NCBI GenBank assembly: GCA_963715735.1
Contig: OY970268.1
Span: 2,513,529 to 2,577,528 of the forward strand
DNA from: an uncultured Thermoleophilia bacterium
GTDB taxonomy: Bacteria; Actinomycetota; Thermoleophilia; Solirubrobacterales; 70-9
Direction of reading: 5' to 3'
Length of the DNA stretch: 64,000 nucleotides
Every line of letters starts with the position of its first letter. Position 1 is the first letter of the stretch. The notes beneath the pieces were generated by a model, which saw only the letters and a program-made list of their open reading frames with translations, did no database searches and had not been told where the DNA came from. Position numbers and translations under genes: made by a program. This document shows positions 63,916 through 64,000 of the stretch, one piece after another.

Positions 63916-63974
63916 GAGGGCTAGCCGGCCCCGCAGCGCACCGGTCGAAGCAAGACCCGGAGTTCGACCAAAGA

Positions 63975-64000
63975 GAAGGGCGGCCTCTCGGCCGCCCTTC
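63975..64000 (+). terminator. GC-rich hairpin GAAGGGCGGCC-tctc-GGCCGCCCTTC downstream of purA
   Basis: Perfect 11-bp stem with a 4-nt loop, 60 nt after the purA stop. The window ends at the stem, so any U-tract is not visible. Confidence 0.5.

Overview
Very GC-rich bacterial chromosome segment. Gene content suggests Actinomycetota, perhaps a deep-branching lineage, but I cannot verify this without a search. About 1.7-41.2 kb is one large accessory locus for a cell-surface polysaccharide. The remainder (41.2-64 kb) is mostly housekeeping.

The polysaccharide locus contains:
- a PglC-like initiating phosphoglycosyl transferase;
- a WbpB/E/D/I-like amino-sugar gene set (two Gfo/Idh/MocA dehydrogenases, a DegT aminotransferase, two LbH N-acetyltransferases, a WecB-type 2-epimerase);
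- several GT2 and GT4 glycosyltransferases, one of them frameshifted;
- two tandem MOP flippases, a Wzz-like protein and a Wzy/O-antigen-ligase-like protein;
- an ArnT/GT39-like GT-C enzyme followed by a CE4-like protein;
- a stand-alone adenylation enzyme, a carrier protein and an LbH acyltransferase;
- two paralogous secreted beta-helix proteins;
- a 2160-aa secreted protein with 7 PKD and 4 LamG modules, encoded inside the same operon.

The left edge holds an ECF sigma factor flanked by two paralogous small RHH-like proteins.

The housekeeping part holds yceH, pyrE, an SDR epimerase, an L,D-transpeptidase, a CPBP protease, an MscS-like protein, a class A PBP, a GT87-like protein, a UPF0104 protein, thiL, an OmpR/HK/HtrA (MprAB-PepD-like) module, treT and otsA. 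It ends with rpsF-ssb-rpsR-rplI, a membrane protein, dnaB, a dnaB-coupled DnaC/IstB-like ATPase and purA.

I saw no rRNA, tRNA, CRISPR array or transposase. Many long ORFs in the track are antisense or out-of-frame shadow ORFs typical of high-GC DNA, and I rejected them. All family assignments come from motif recognition by eye and need HMM or BLAST confirmation.
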